33,098 nucleotides of DNA, taken from positions 1 through 33,098 of the forward strand of contig CAXFSR010000001.1 of assembly GCA_964005815.1 (NCBI GenBank), read 5' to 3'. The DNA is from an uncultured Nitrospinaceae bacterium (GTDB taxonomy: Bacteria; UBA8248). Below, piece by piece: positions 1 to 9,220 of the stretch; the stretch's first letter is position 1; each line of letters starts with the position of its first letter. Made by a program: the position numbers and the translations under genes. The notes beneath the pieces are model-generated. The model was given only the letters and a program-made list of their open reading frames with translations, was not told the DNA's origin and did not search any database.

Positions 1-411
1 ATTATCGCGGCAAGCAAAGTTTCTAACGTTGAACTACTTATTTTAGAAAATGGGATTTTTGAACCCCAAAAAATTATAAAGAAAAGTCCTGAAAATATAA
101 AAATCAGACTGAAAAAATTTTTATTAGACAAAGAATACAAAACAATTTTTCGTTCTTCTTTACATGAAATAGACAAAAATCAAGCCCCTATCTTCATTAT
201 AAGAAATATTAGAGGAAAGAATTACGAATTAGAACAACATAATGAACTCGTTAAATCTCTCAAAATGAAAAAGAAGAAATACAAAATATTAGATATTAGT
301 GAAAAAAGTAAAAGTTTGATTTTTCAAAAATTGATTATCAAAAAAAGAGTTGTCCCGATAATAGAGAAATACTTTAAAAAAGAAATTAAATTTAATTATC
401 AAAAAAATTAA
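1..411 (+). CDS. Partial ORF (5' end outside window); C-terminal part of a divergent alpha/beta-hydrolase (S9-like) fold protein
   Basis: Not in ORF track. Frame +1 is open from base 1 to TAA 409-411: IIAASKVSNVELLILENGIFEP...RSSLHEIDKNQAPIFIIRNIRGKNYELEQHNELVKSLKMKKKKYKILDI...KFNYQKN*. The pattern resembles the S9 C-terminus (SP..v..ikaPlliihG..D..v...qs..l...Lk..g). Family call is by eye. Confidence 0.6.
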   Translation: MIAASKVSNVELLILENGIFEPQKIIKKSPENIKIRLKKFLLDKEYKTIFRSSLHEIDKNQAPIFIIRNIRGKNYELEQHNELVKSLKMKKKKYKILDISEKSKSLIFQKLIIKKRVVPIIEKYFKKEIKFNYQKN

Positions 412-1529
412 TCTTGCAAAGAAGTCAAACGATTAATTCTTTCTGAAAAAGGGGGATGAGTATAAAAGAAAATTTTTAAAAACAATGATGGACTTGGATC
501 GCAATAGTTTCTAACACAAATCTTTTTCAAAATCGTGATTAAATACTTTGGTCGCGAGACATGCTTAAATGCAAAATAATCACAAGCAAATTCGATCTCT
601 CTAGAAACTCTCAACAACACTGGTGAAATCAAGAAATTTAACACTGAAAAAAAAACTAGAAAAATTCCGACAGTATTTGCAGAAGAAATATCTGCTCCAT
701 TGATATAAAAATAAAAGAACTCTGTACTTAATAAAAGTTTAAAAAAATAAACAAAAGCTACAAAACTTATTATCTTATAGATACAAAAAAATAAATTGTG
801 TGAAAAAAATTGATGTGCAAGTTCATGAGCTACAATACATTCAATTTCTTCAGGATCATATTCTAGTATGTTTTCAGTAATTACTATTTTACGAGTAGGA
901 CCAAACCCAGAAACGAATGCATTCGCATAATCCCCATGCTTTTTAGTCTTCATCACCCAAATATAATTTTGACCTTTAAATCCAACTTTTTTTTGTAAGG
1001 TCAATAATAAATTTTCAATTTTTGTATCAGACAATTTTTCAAAATTAAAGAACAAAGGAGCAATTATTGTTTGTCCAAACAAAAAGATAAAAACAAAAAA
1101 ACAAGAAATCAAGATTGAAAAAAATAACCACCAGTAATCAGGGGTTTCTTGAATACAAACTAAAAGAACCCCACTTGCAAGCGAACCAAATAATAAAACT
1201 AAAATAAAAGACTTAATCTGATTAATAAACCAAAGAAAAAAAGTTTCATTAGAAATCCCAATTTTCCTAGGTAATTTGAAACTTTGTTTAATTTCAAAAG
1301 GAAAACTTAAAAATGTTCTCAAAACAAAATAAATAGCAAAGTAGCATGCACCAGAAGAAAAAGGACCAAGTTCGAAAAGATTTTCATCTTGTTTAAGAAA
1401 AAAAAGAACAAAAAGAAGTGTATAAAAAAATAAAACTAACGATGAAATCAACGACAAAAACACCTTTTCATTTTGATACTTTTTGGCCAAAATTAATTTT
1501 TCACTTTGTTCATATATTCTGTTTTCCAT
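408..1529 (-). CDS. M48 family (Ste24/HtpX-like) membrane zinc metalloprotease
   Basis: ANAFVSGFG, HELAH (HExxH), SREIEFACD and YTHPPFSERI motifs, with several TM segments. ATG at 1529 preferred over the TTG at 1598. Confidence 0.92.
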   Translation of the reverse strand: MENRIYEQSEKLILAKKYQNEKVFLSLISSLVLFFYTLLFVLFFLKQDENLFELGPFSSGACYFAIYFVLRTFLSFPFEIKQSFKLPRKIGISNETFFLWFINQIKSFILVLLFGSLASGVLLVCIQETPDYWWLFFSILISCFFVFIFLFGQTIIAPLFFNFEKLSDTKIENLLLTLQKKVGFKGQNYIWVMKTKKHGDYANAFVSGFGPTRKIVITENILEYDPEEIECIVAHELAHQFFSHNLFFCIYKIISFVAFVYFFKLLLSTEFFYFYINGADISSANTVGIFLVFFSVLNFLISPVLLRVSREIEFACDYFAFKHVSRPKYLITILKKICVRNYCDPSPSLFLKIFFYTHPPFSERINRLTSLQD

Positions 1530-1665
1530 CTTATAAAACTTTCCTGAAAAATTGATGTAAAAGAAAAAATATTCACAAAAGATCGCGGAAACTTTCAATT
1601 AATAAATTTAATATATAATATTAGCGAATATGAAATGAAAAAATTAATTAATACCATTTATAAAT

Positions 1666-2451
1666 ATGATAAATAAAATTGCCAAAGTTATAGTTCTAGG
1701 TTGTGGGACCTCAACCGGTGTGCCTGCAATAGGTTGTGATGATCCGGTTTGTCTTTCTGACAATCCCCGTAATAAAAGATTACGACCAAGTATTGTAATA
1801 CAAACAGATGTATCTACCCTTCTTGTAGATACAAGTCCTGATTTAAGACAACAGGCTTTAGAGCACAATCTAAAGAAGATTGACGCAGTTATTTACACAC
1901 ATTTCCACGCAGATCATACCTTTGGGATAGACGACTTAAGAGTTTTCAATTTGATTATGAAAAAAACTATCCCATGCTATGCATATGACAATACGCTTAA
2001 GGTACTTAGACAAAATTTTGAATATATATTCGGGGAAAATAATCAACACAAAGGATTCAAGCCTCGTTTAACTTTAAATCAAATTAACGATGAACTCTTT
2101 GAAGCTGCAAATTTTAGTATAATACCAATAGAACTAGACCATGCAGGAACAAAAGTGATGGGAATACGAATAGGTGATTTTGTATATGCAACTGATTGCA
2201 GTAGTATCCCTCAATCTTCTTTAGAAAAAATGAAAGGTGTCAAAACTCTAATTATTGATGCTCTTCGCCATAGACCACATCCATCTCATCTTACGGTAGA
2301 CCAAGCTGTTGAAATCTCAGAATTTCTCTCTCCTGAAAAAACCTATTTTACTCATACAAATTATGAACTCGAGTATGAGGAGACCAATAGAAATCTTCCT
2401 AATAATATAAAAATGGCTTATGACGGTCTTTGTTTCGAGATTAATCTTTAG
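1666..2451 (+). CDS. MBL-fold metallo-hydrolase (PhnP-like phosphodiesterase family)
   Basis: LGCGTSTGVPAIGCxxxVC, DTSPDLRQQ, THFHADHTFGIDDLR (HxHxDH), HPSH, FTH and AYDG motifs. Confidence 0.9.
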   Translation: MINKIAKVIVLGCGTSTGVPAIGCDDPVCLSDNPRNKRLRPSIVIQTDVSTLLVDTSPDLRQQALEHNLKKIDAVIYTHFHADHTFGIDDLRVFNLIMKKTIPCYAYDNTLKVLRQNFEYIFGENNQHKGFKPRLTLNQINDELFEAANFSIIPIELDHAGTKVMGIRIGDFVYATDCSSIPQSSLEKMKGVKTLIIDALRHRPHPSHLTVDQAVEISEFLSPEKTYFTHTNYELEYEETNRNLPNNIKMAYDGLCFEINL

Positions 2452-3235
2452 TACCCACAGACTTCTCTTCTGCTAAATCAAAGAAAAGAGAATAACCAGC
2501 ATAGCAGTATGGGACAAAAAGAACTGAGATTAAGGTATGCAGAATTATTTGTGAGAAAAAAGAAGAGCCAATAATTGAAGAGAGGAATAACAATAAGAAA
2601 ACAGTAAAAATATAATAAACGACAACTAGCTTAAATATTTTAAGTTCGGAATTTTTAGATAAAAGTTTAGCTTGTTCAAAAGAATTCTTCAGATTTGTCT
2701 GCTTTAACAATACGTAAAATGTACAAAAATAAAAGCGAATAAAAGGTACGATCGCAGCAAAAATAACTAAAGAGAACGAAAGGAGTAAAGTGAAACCGCT
2801 GATTCCCAAAAGAGAAGCTACAAGAAGATTAACAAAAATAAGTACTAAAACTATAAAAATTTGCAACCCAAAATAATACGCAAAATCAACTAAAACCACC
2901 TTTTTAAGACAAGTAAAACTTAACGAGAAATCCCAGAAAATTTCCTCTCCTTTCCTTTGTAATTCTAATCTTAGAATTACAAGTATAAAAATATAAACCG
3001 AAACTACTCTTAATATCACTTGAGAAAAAAGCCATTTACAGATTAAAAAAAGAGAAATATCCGATCTGTCTCTAACAATAGATGCAATCTCTGGCTGAAT
3101 GGAATATGCTACTATCGCAATTGGCAAAGTAATCGAAACCACCACCAAAGTTGTTTGATTGAAACTATCAAAAAATGCATTTAATCCAAATTTAAAATAA
3201 TGTAGAATCTGATTTGTTTCTTTTTGATCTTGCAT
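2441..3235 (-). CDS. Hypothetical polytopic membrane protein (about 5-6 TM; loosely YciC/GPDPase-membrane-domain-like)
   Basis: 264-aa ORF with long hydrophobic stretches. Its 3' end overlaps the convergent MBL gene by 11 nt. Confidence 0.7.
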   Translation of the reverse strand: MQDQKETNQILHYFKFGLNAFFDSFNQTTLVVVSITLPIAIVAYSIQPEIASIVRDRSDISLFLICKWLFSQVILRVVSVYIFILVILRLELQRKGEEIFWDFSLSFTCLKKVVLVDFAYYFGLQIFIVLVLIFVNLLVASLLGISGFTLLLSFSLVIFAAIVPFIRFYFCTFYVLLKQTNLKNSFEQAKLLSKNSELKIFKLVVVYYIFTVFLLLFLSSIIGSSFFSQIILHTLISVLFVPYCYAGYSLFFDLAEEKSVGTKD

Positions 3236-3412
3236 ATAATCCCTTATTCATAACTCTTTTTAAAAACTCATAAGTAAGATATACAAAGTTGCCCTTAAAC
3301 ATATTACAAAGATACACTAGTGTTTGTTTTTTTTCAGCCTCATTTTTATTTTATGGGTTTTTAAAATATCTAGATTTTCTTTTGTTGAAGCTACTTCGAG
3401 ACTAACATAGGA

Positions 3413-4204
3413 TTGAAAATAAATTTGCAATTAATTCATTTAATAGAAAAAATAGGCAATAAATCCATTTATATCATTGAAAAAACTGGCAATTCAGTAA
3501 TTTTTCTTTTTTTGGTGATTTCGTTTCTATTTCGTTCCAAATTTAAGACACGACTTTTTATTAAACAAATTTATGATATTGGTTTCGGTTCAGTTCTAAT
3601 TGTTATGCTAACAGGTCTTTTTACTGGAATGGTTTTAGCACTTCAGGGGTTTTATACACTCCAAAAATTTGGTTCTGAGAGCCTATTAGGTCCTGCAGTT
3701 GCACTAAGTCTTATAAGAGAATTAGGGCCAGTTCTTACTGCTCTAGTAGTAACTGGAAGAGCTGGTTCTGCTATGGCAGCCGAAATTGGAATCATGGTTA
3801 TTACAGAACAGGTTGACGCTCTAAAAAGCATGGCTGTGGAACCACTTAAACAACTAGTTTTACCAAGAATTCTTTCTGGAGTCTTAGTTTTTCCGCTTCT
3901 AACCGCAATGTTCAATTTGATTGGAATTTTTGGTGGATACTTAGTTGGGGTGAAGTTATTAGGATTGAATTCGGGAGTTTATTTTGGTGAAATGGCCTCA
4001 AAAGTTGAGATGAGTGATTTGATGGGTGGTTTTTGGAAATCTCTTGCATTTGGTCTTTTAGTAGTATGGATATGCACCTATAAAGGTTATAACTGTGGGC
4101 ACGGAGCCGAGGGAGTTAGTAAAGCAACAACTTCTGCAGTTGTAATGTCGTCTGTTATTATTTTGATTAGTGATTATTTTTTAACCTCAATGTTTTTCCG
4201 TTAA
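3413..4204 (+). CDS. mlaE: MlaE family lipid-asymmetry ABC transporter permease
   Basis: GLFTGMVLALQG, LIRELGPVLTALVVTGRAGSAMAAEIG, TEQVDAL and GAEGVSKATTSAVV motifs. TTG start. Confidence 0.95.
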   Translation: MKINLQLIHLIEKIGNKSIYIIEKTGNSVIFLFLVISFLFRSKFKTRLFIKQIYDIGFGSVLIVMLTGLFTGMVLALQGFYTLQKFGSESLLGPAVALSLIRELGPVLTALVVTGRAGSAMAAEIGIMVITEQVDALKSMAVEPLKQLVLPRILSGVLVFPLLTAMFNLIGIFGGYLVGVKLLGLNSGVYFGEMASKVEMSDLMGGFWKSLAFGLLVVWICTYKGYNCGHGAEGVSKATTSAVVMSSVIILISDYFLTSMFFR

Positions 4205-4223
4205 TCAGTCAAGGGGGTTTAAA

Positions 4224-4667
4224 TTGAAACAACGTAAAATCGATTTATCTGTCGGAGTTTTTTTTATGATTGGGATAGCATCCTTGGTCTACCTCTCTGT
4301 ACATCTAGGAGAACTGGATTTTTTTGTTTCAGACACCTACGTAGTCAAGGCAAAATTTGAAAGTGTTACTGGTCTAAGGAATGGCGCTGCGGTTGAAATG
4401 TCCGGAGTACCAATCGGCAAGATTACAAAAATAGAACTTAAAGATGAGGAAGCTCTAGTAACTTTAAAGCTAAATAAATCAATTCAGCTTTCTGAAGACG
4501 CAATAGCTTCTATAAGAACAAAAGGAATTCTAGGTGCAAAATATTTAAGTATTAGTCAAGGTGGCGCTGAAAAAAGAATCAATGCAGGAGGAATTATTCG
4601 AGAAACTGAGCCTCCTCTTGATTTTGAGAAACTAATTGGAAAATTCATTTTTGGAAAAGTTAAATAA
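4224..4667 (+). CDS. mlaD: MCE-domain protein MlaD
   Basis: N-terminal TM anchor, AKFESVTGLRNGAAVEMSGVPIGKI and ASIRTKGILGAKYL motifs. SD AAGGGGG precedes a TTG start. Confidence 0.95.
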   Translation: MKQRKIDLSVGVFFMIGIASLVYLSVHLGELDFFVSDTYVVKAKFESVTGLRNGAAVEMSGVPIGKITKIELKDEEALVTLKLNKSIQLSEDAIASIRTKGILGAKYLSISQGGAEKRINAGGIIRETEPPLDFEKLIGKFIFGKVK

Positions 4668-4727
4668 CTTATATAATTTCTTGACATGTTTCCAAGTTAT
4701 TTTTTGTATAAAAATTAAAGGACAGAA

Positions 4728-5327
4728 ATGAAATCTTTACCTTTTATTTCAATATTAATTCCTATTCTACTAGTTTTTTCTGTTCCGAGTATTGTCTTTT
4801 CTGGTCAACCAAAGAATCAAATAAGAGGAAGTATTAATAATTTAAAGTTTGTCTTAGATAACCCATCATTAAAGGGCACCCATAATTCCTCCGAAAGAAG
4901 AAAACGATTAAGAATGATTTTTGAGGAACGATTTGACTTTAATGAGATGGCTAAAAGGTCTTTATCGAGAGCTTGGCGTAAGAGAACAAGCAAAGAGAAA
5001 AAAGAATTTCTCTATTCATTTAAATACCTTTTAGAAACTACATATATAGGAAAAATAGAGAGATATGATGGTCAAACAGTTCAATTTGTCAAGGAATCAA
5101 TTGACGGCAACTATGCAAAAGTAAAAACTTTGGTTATTACCAAGGATCAACCTATAAGAGTTTATTATAAAATGCATAAGAAAAGAGAGAATTGGTTAGT
5201 ATACGATGTAATAATAGAGGGAGTTAGTTTGATAAAAACATATAGAGATCAATTCAAATCAATTCTTAATAGATCATCCTTCTCCGATTTACTTGATAAA
5301 ATGCGTGCAAAGCAATTTGAAAATTAG
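4728..5327 (+). CDS. mlaC: MlaC/Ttg2D periplasmic phospholipid-binding protein
   Basis: Signal peptide, FDFNEMAKRSLSRAW and WLVYDVIIEGVSLIKTYRDQF motifs. Follows mlaD. Confidence 0.92.
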   Translation: MKSLPFISILIPILLVFSVPSIVFSGQPKNQIRGSINNLKFVLDNPSLKGTHNSSERRKRLRMIFEERFDFNEMAKRSLSRAWRKRTSKEKKEFLYSFKYLLETTYIGKIERYDGQTVQFVKESIDGNYAKVKTLVITKDQPIRVYYKMHKKRENWLVYDVIIEGVSLIKTYRDQFKSILNRSSFSDLLDKMRAKQFEN

Positions 5328-5333
5328 ATAGGG

Positions 5334-6527
5334 TTAAAAGTTTTCTAGTTTAGGTAACCTTAGAGCTAAGAGAAGCCCAAGAGTCCCAAAGAAAATGCAA
5401 GTAAAAGGCATAACCGTAAGTATTCCAAAGTAGTCTGCAATTACCCCAATAAATGGCATAGTCATACTTGAACAAAACCATACTACACCTAACATAAAAC
5501 TACTTGCTAAGGCTGCATGTTCTGGAATCATTTCCTGTGCGTATGTTACAGAAACTCCCATCTGAGAGTAAAAAGCTGCTCCTGAAAGAATTAAAAAAAG
5601 TAATCGAACAAAAAAATCATCAGAGTAAAGTGAAATTCCTAAGCATGGTGTCCCTATTAAAAGTGATAGAATTATTACTAATCTTCGACCAAAAAGATCT
5701 GAAAAATAACCACCACAAATTCCTCCAATCGCAGCGGCAAACAAAAAGAAAGAAATAGAAAAACCACCATCTGCAAAAGAATTTCCCTTTTCTATTAAGT
5801 AAATTGACAAATAAAAAGAAATAGACATAGTAACAACTGTACGAAAATAATTAATAAACCAAAGTCCCATTAAAGAACGAAAGACTGTCCCTAGAGATCT
5901 TAGATCAATCGGATTTTTCTCAGATTTTTCTTTTTTAACATCCTGTCCCGTATCTAAATTTAAAAATAGCAATAAAAATCCAATTAAAAAAACAACAATA
6001 CAAGTATAAGGTAGCCTTTCAACGCCAAATTTTGTGACTACAAAGGTGGCCATGGCAGCACCAAGACTAACTCCCATCCTCCCGCCGGCAATGTAGATAG
6101 AAACTCCTAGCCCTTTCCTTTGGCCTGAAAATTGCACTGCTCTAACTGAAGCTATGGGATGAAAACAGGCAGAGCCCAAACCTGCTATAAAAAGCAATAA
6201 AAATAATATCGGGATGCTATTAACGGTCGTAGCAAAAGCAATTAATCCACCTAGAACGGGACCTATCGCTAGCAACCAATTCTTTTGAAATCTGTCTGCA
6301 ATCATTCCAAAGATAGGTTGCCCAAGGGCACCCGTAGCTGCAAGAGTCGGACCAAGGAATCCGACTAAAGAGAGAGGAATATTTAGCATTTCTTTTAAAA
6401 TAGGGATAATCGGAGATAAAAACCCAAAACAACTATCATTAGCAATATGCGCTATAACAAGAAAAGATAATTTTTTTCGTTGAAAAATAGGTTTTGTTTT
6501 TATAACTGCTGATTTATCAGGTTGCAA
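5334..6527 (-). CDS. MFS transporter, Fsr (fosmidomycin-resistance)-like family
   Basis: About 12 TM segments; HIAND, QPIFGMIADR, GLGSACFHP and GGYFSDLFGRR motifs. SD GAGG precedes the TTG at 6527. Confidence 0.88.
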   Translation of the reverse strand: MQPDKSAVIKTKPIFQRKKLSFLVIAHIANDSCFGFLSPIIPILKEMLNIPLSLVGFLGPTLAATGALGQPIFGMIADRFQKNWLLAIGPVLGGLIAFATTVNSIPILFLLLFIAGLGSACFHPIASVRAVQFSGQRKGLGVSIYIAGGRMGVSLGAAMATFVVTKFGVERLPYTCIVVFLIGFLLLFLNLDTGQDVKKEKSEKNPIDLRSLGTVFRSLMGLWFINYFRTVVTMSISFYLSIYLIEKGNSFADGGFSISFFLFAAAIGGICGGYFSDLFGRRLVIILSLLIGTPCLGISLYSDDFFVRLLFLILSGAAFYSQMGVSVTYAQEMIPEHAALASSFMLGVVWFCSSMTMPFIGVIADYFGILTVMPFTCIFFGTLGLLLALRLPKLENF

Positions 6528-6536
6528 AAAAACCTC

Positions 6537-9185
6537 TTATTCAGAATCATTCTTAATAAAGGTAGAAATACTTGAAAGAATTTGATCTATTTTACCTATA
6601 TCACTACCTCCCCCCGCTTGCGCAAAATCAGGACGCCCTCCACCTTTTCCTCCAAGACCAGACGCAATTTTGCCAACTAATTTACCTGCATGGACACGAT
6701 CCAAAATATCTTTTGTAACCCCTGCAGCAATGGATATTTTCTCATCCAAAACTGAAATAATAACTACAACTCCACTTTGAATTTTTGATTTCGAGAAATC
6801 AATCATCTTTCTTAGTTCTTTAGAATCAATTCCATCATGACGAACTGCAACTAATCGAATTCCATCAATTTCTTGACAATTTTTAATTTGTTTCTCTAAC
6901 TCAGATGTTGATTCTTTAGTCCTTATAGAACTCAATTCTTTTTCAAGATATTTAGAACGTTCCAATAATTCTTCAACTCTTTTGATTTCTTCATTTGGTG
7001 AAGATTTCAGAATCTGTCGAATTGCATTTAACTTTTTTTGTTCATTCCTTGTATTTAAAAAAGCAGATTCTCCTGCCAATGCTTCAATTCTTCTTACACC
7101 TGATGCAACACTGCTCTCTTGAGTAATTCTGAAGAGACCAATCTGCCCAGTAGAACTTACATGAGTACCTCCACATAATTCTTTACTGAAATCCCCAATT
7201 GAAACAACTCTTACATTTTCACCATATCTTTCCCCGAATAATGCAGTTGCACCAATAGAAAGTGCGTCATCTAAGATCATTTCCTGTGTTTCAACTTCTC
7301 TGTTTTTTGTTATGAAACCATTAACAATATCTTCAACTTGTTCTTTTTCATGCTGAGAAAGAGAAGAAAAATGTGTAAAATCAAAACGCAGCCTATCCGG
7401 AGATAAATGAGAACCCGCCTGTTTAACATGATCTCCCAACACTTCTTTTAAAGCATGATGTAATAAATGAGTAGCAGTATGATTGACGGATAATTTAGTC
7501 CTTCTTAAATTATCTATTTTTGTCATGATCTTTTCTTTTGGAGATAACTCTCCACGTTCTATAAGAATTTTAACAACATTTAAATTGGTAGAAGGTTTTT
7601 TCGTATCTAAAACTATAGCCGAACCCGAACCCCAATCTATACGACCTTGATCACCTTCCTGACCTCCTGATTCAGCATAAAATGGAGTAGGATCTATCAA
7701 AACATCCACTTCCGATCCTCTTTCTGCTTTTTCCACCTCTATATTATCTTTAACTATTGTAAGCACTTGGGACGAAACAGAAAATTCGGAATATCCTTCA
7801 AAACGAATATCTCCAACAGTACTCTCTAATTTTTTCCAAATTTCCTCAACAGCAAGTTCTCCCGAACCTTTCCAAAAAGATCGGGCCCTCTCGCGCTGAC
7901 CATTCATAGCCTGATCAAAAGATTTATGATCTATCTCTAATCCATGCGATGACGATGTCTCAATCGCTAAATCTAAAGGATATCCATAAGTATCAAGAAG
8001 AGTAAAAACATCCTCACCAGGAATAATTTTCTTTTCAGATTCTTTAGCTTTTTCACATAATTCATCCATCCTTGGTTGCCCCTGTGACAAAGTTTTAGAA
8101 AATCTTTCTTCTTCAACAGTAGATATTTTAGAAATAAAGTTAAGATTATCGTGTAACTCTGGATAAGCAGAACTCATATTTTCAGACAAAACGGATGCAG
8201 TTTCTGATAAGAAAGGGTCTTTGATACCAAGTACTCTAGCGTGCCTCATAGCACGACGAGCTATTTTTCTCAAAACATAACCTCTTCCTTCATTACTGGG
8301 TAAGATGCCATCGCAAATCAGAAAACTTACAGCTCTACTATGATCTGCAATAACTCTAAAAGAAACATCTATGTCATTTTCACTTTGTTGATAAGATATC
8401 CCAGTTTTATTTTCACAAAATTTTATCACTGGCATTAATAAATCAGTATGAAAATTACTGTTTTGATTCTGTAAGACAGATACAAGACGTTCCAGACCCA
8501 TTCCAGTATCAACGGAAGGCTTTGGCAATAAATTCAAATTTCCTCCAGAATCACGATCATATTGCATGAAAACTAGATTCCATAATTCTAAGAATCGATC
8601 CCCATCATCATCATCATTTACACCTGGAGGAGAACCGTTAAGTTCTGGTCCTTGATCAAAAATTAACTCTGAACAGGGACCACAAGGTCCTGTATCACCC
8701 ATCGACCAAAAATTATCTTTTTCTCCCATCCTCACAATACGATTCGAAGGAACTCCTATTCTTTTAGACCAAATTTCCTCAGCCTCATCATCCTCTAGAA
8801 AAACAGTTACCCAGATTCTTTCACTATCGAGACCAATTTCATTTACCAAAAACTCCCATGCAAATTCAATAGCAGATTCCTTGAAGTAATCTCCAAAAGA
8901 AAAATTACCTAACATCTCGAAAAAAGTATGGTGACGAGCTGTCCTTCCTACATTCTCCAAATCATTATGTTTGCCACTAACACGAAGGCATTTTTGGGAG
9001 GAGGTGGCTCTTTTGTAGTTTCTTTTGTCTAATCCAGTGAAAACATCTTTAAATTGAACCATTCCAGCATTAGTAAATAAAAGAGTCGGATCACTTAATG
9101 GGATCAGAGAAGAACTCTTTACTAATTGATGATTTTTTTTCGTGAAAAAATCCAAAAAAGCCGAACGTATTTGATTACCTGTCAT
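6537..9185 (-). CDS. alaS: Alanine--tRNA ligase
   Basis: DPTLLFTNAGMVQFK, RHHTFFEMLGNFSFGDYFK, DTGMGLER, editing-site HTATH/CGGTH and C-terminal GGKGGGRPDFAQAGG. Confidence 0.99.
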   Translation of the reverse strand: MTGNQIRSAFLDFFTKKNHQLVKSSSLIPLSDPTLLFTNAGMVQFKDVFTGLDKRNYKRATSSQKCLRVSGKHNDLENVGRTARHHTFFEMLGNFSFGDYFKESAIEFAWEFLVNEIGLDSERIWVTVFLEDDEAEEIWSKRIGVPSNRIVRMGEKDNFWSMGDTGPCGPCSELIFDQGPELNGSPPGVNDDDDGDRFLELWNLVFMQYDRDSGGNLNLLPKPSVDTGMGLERLVSVLQNQNSNFHTDLLMPVIKFCENKTGISYQQSENDIDVSFRVIADHSRAVSFLICDGILPSNEGRGYVLRKIARRAMRHARVLGIKDPFLSETASVLSENMSSAYPELHDNLNFISKISTVEEERFSKTLSQGQPRMDELCEKAKESEKKIIPGEDVFTLLDTYGYPLDLAIETSSSHGLEIDHKSFDQAMNGQRERARSFWKGSGELAVEEIWKKLESTVGDIRFEGYSEFSVSSQVLTIVKDNIEVEKAERGSEVDVLIDPTPFYAESGGQEGDQGRIDWGSGSAIVLDTKKPSTNLNVVKILIERGELSPKEKIMTKIDNLRRTKLSVNHTATHLLHHALKEVLGDHVKQAGSHLSPDRLRFDFTHFSSLSQHEKEQVEDIVNGFITKNREVETQEMILDDALSIGATALFGERYGENVRVVSIGDFSKELCGGTHVSSTGQIGLFRITQESSVASGVRRIEALAGESAFLNTRNEQKKLNAIRQILKSSPNEEIKRVEELLERSKYLEKELSSIRTKESTSELEKQIKNCQEIDGIRLVAVRHDGIDSKELRKMIDFSKSKIQSGVVVIISVLDEKISIAAGVTKDILDRVHAGKLVGKIASGLGGKGGGRPDFAQAGGGSDIGKIDQILSSISTFIKNDSE

Positions 9186-9220
9186 AACATCTGCGCCTAT
9201 CCAAAATAGAAACTGCCATT

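Noticed and set aside
1644..1868. 74-aa minus-strand ORF
   Set aside because: Antisense shadow of the well-supported MBL hydrolase gene.
3652..3915. 87-aa minus-strand ORF
   Set aside because: Antisense to mlaE, with no motif.
4681..4712. TTGACA upstream of mlaC as an internal promoter
   Set aside because: The nearest -10-like hexamer (TATAAA at 4707) is 20 nt away, which is poor spacing.
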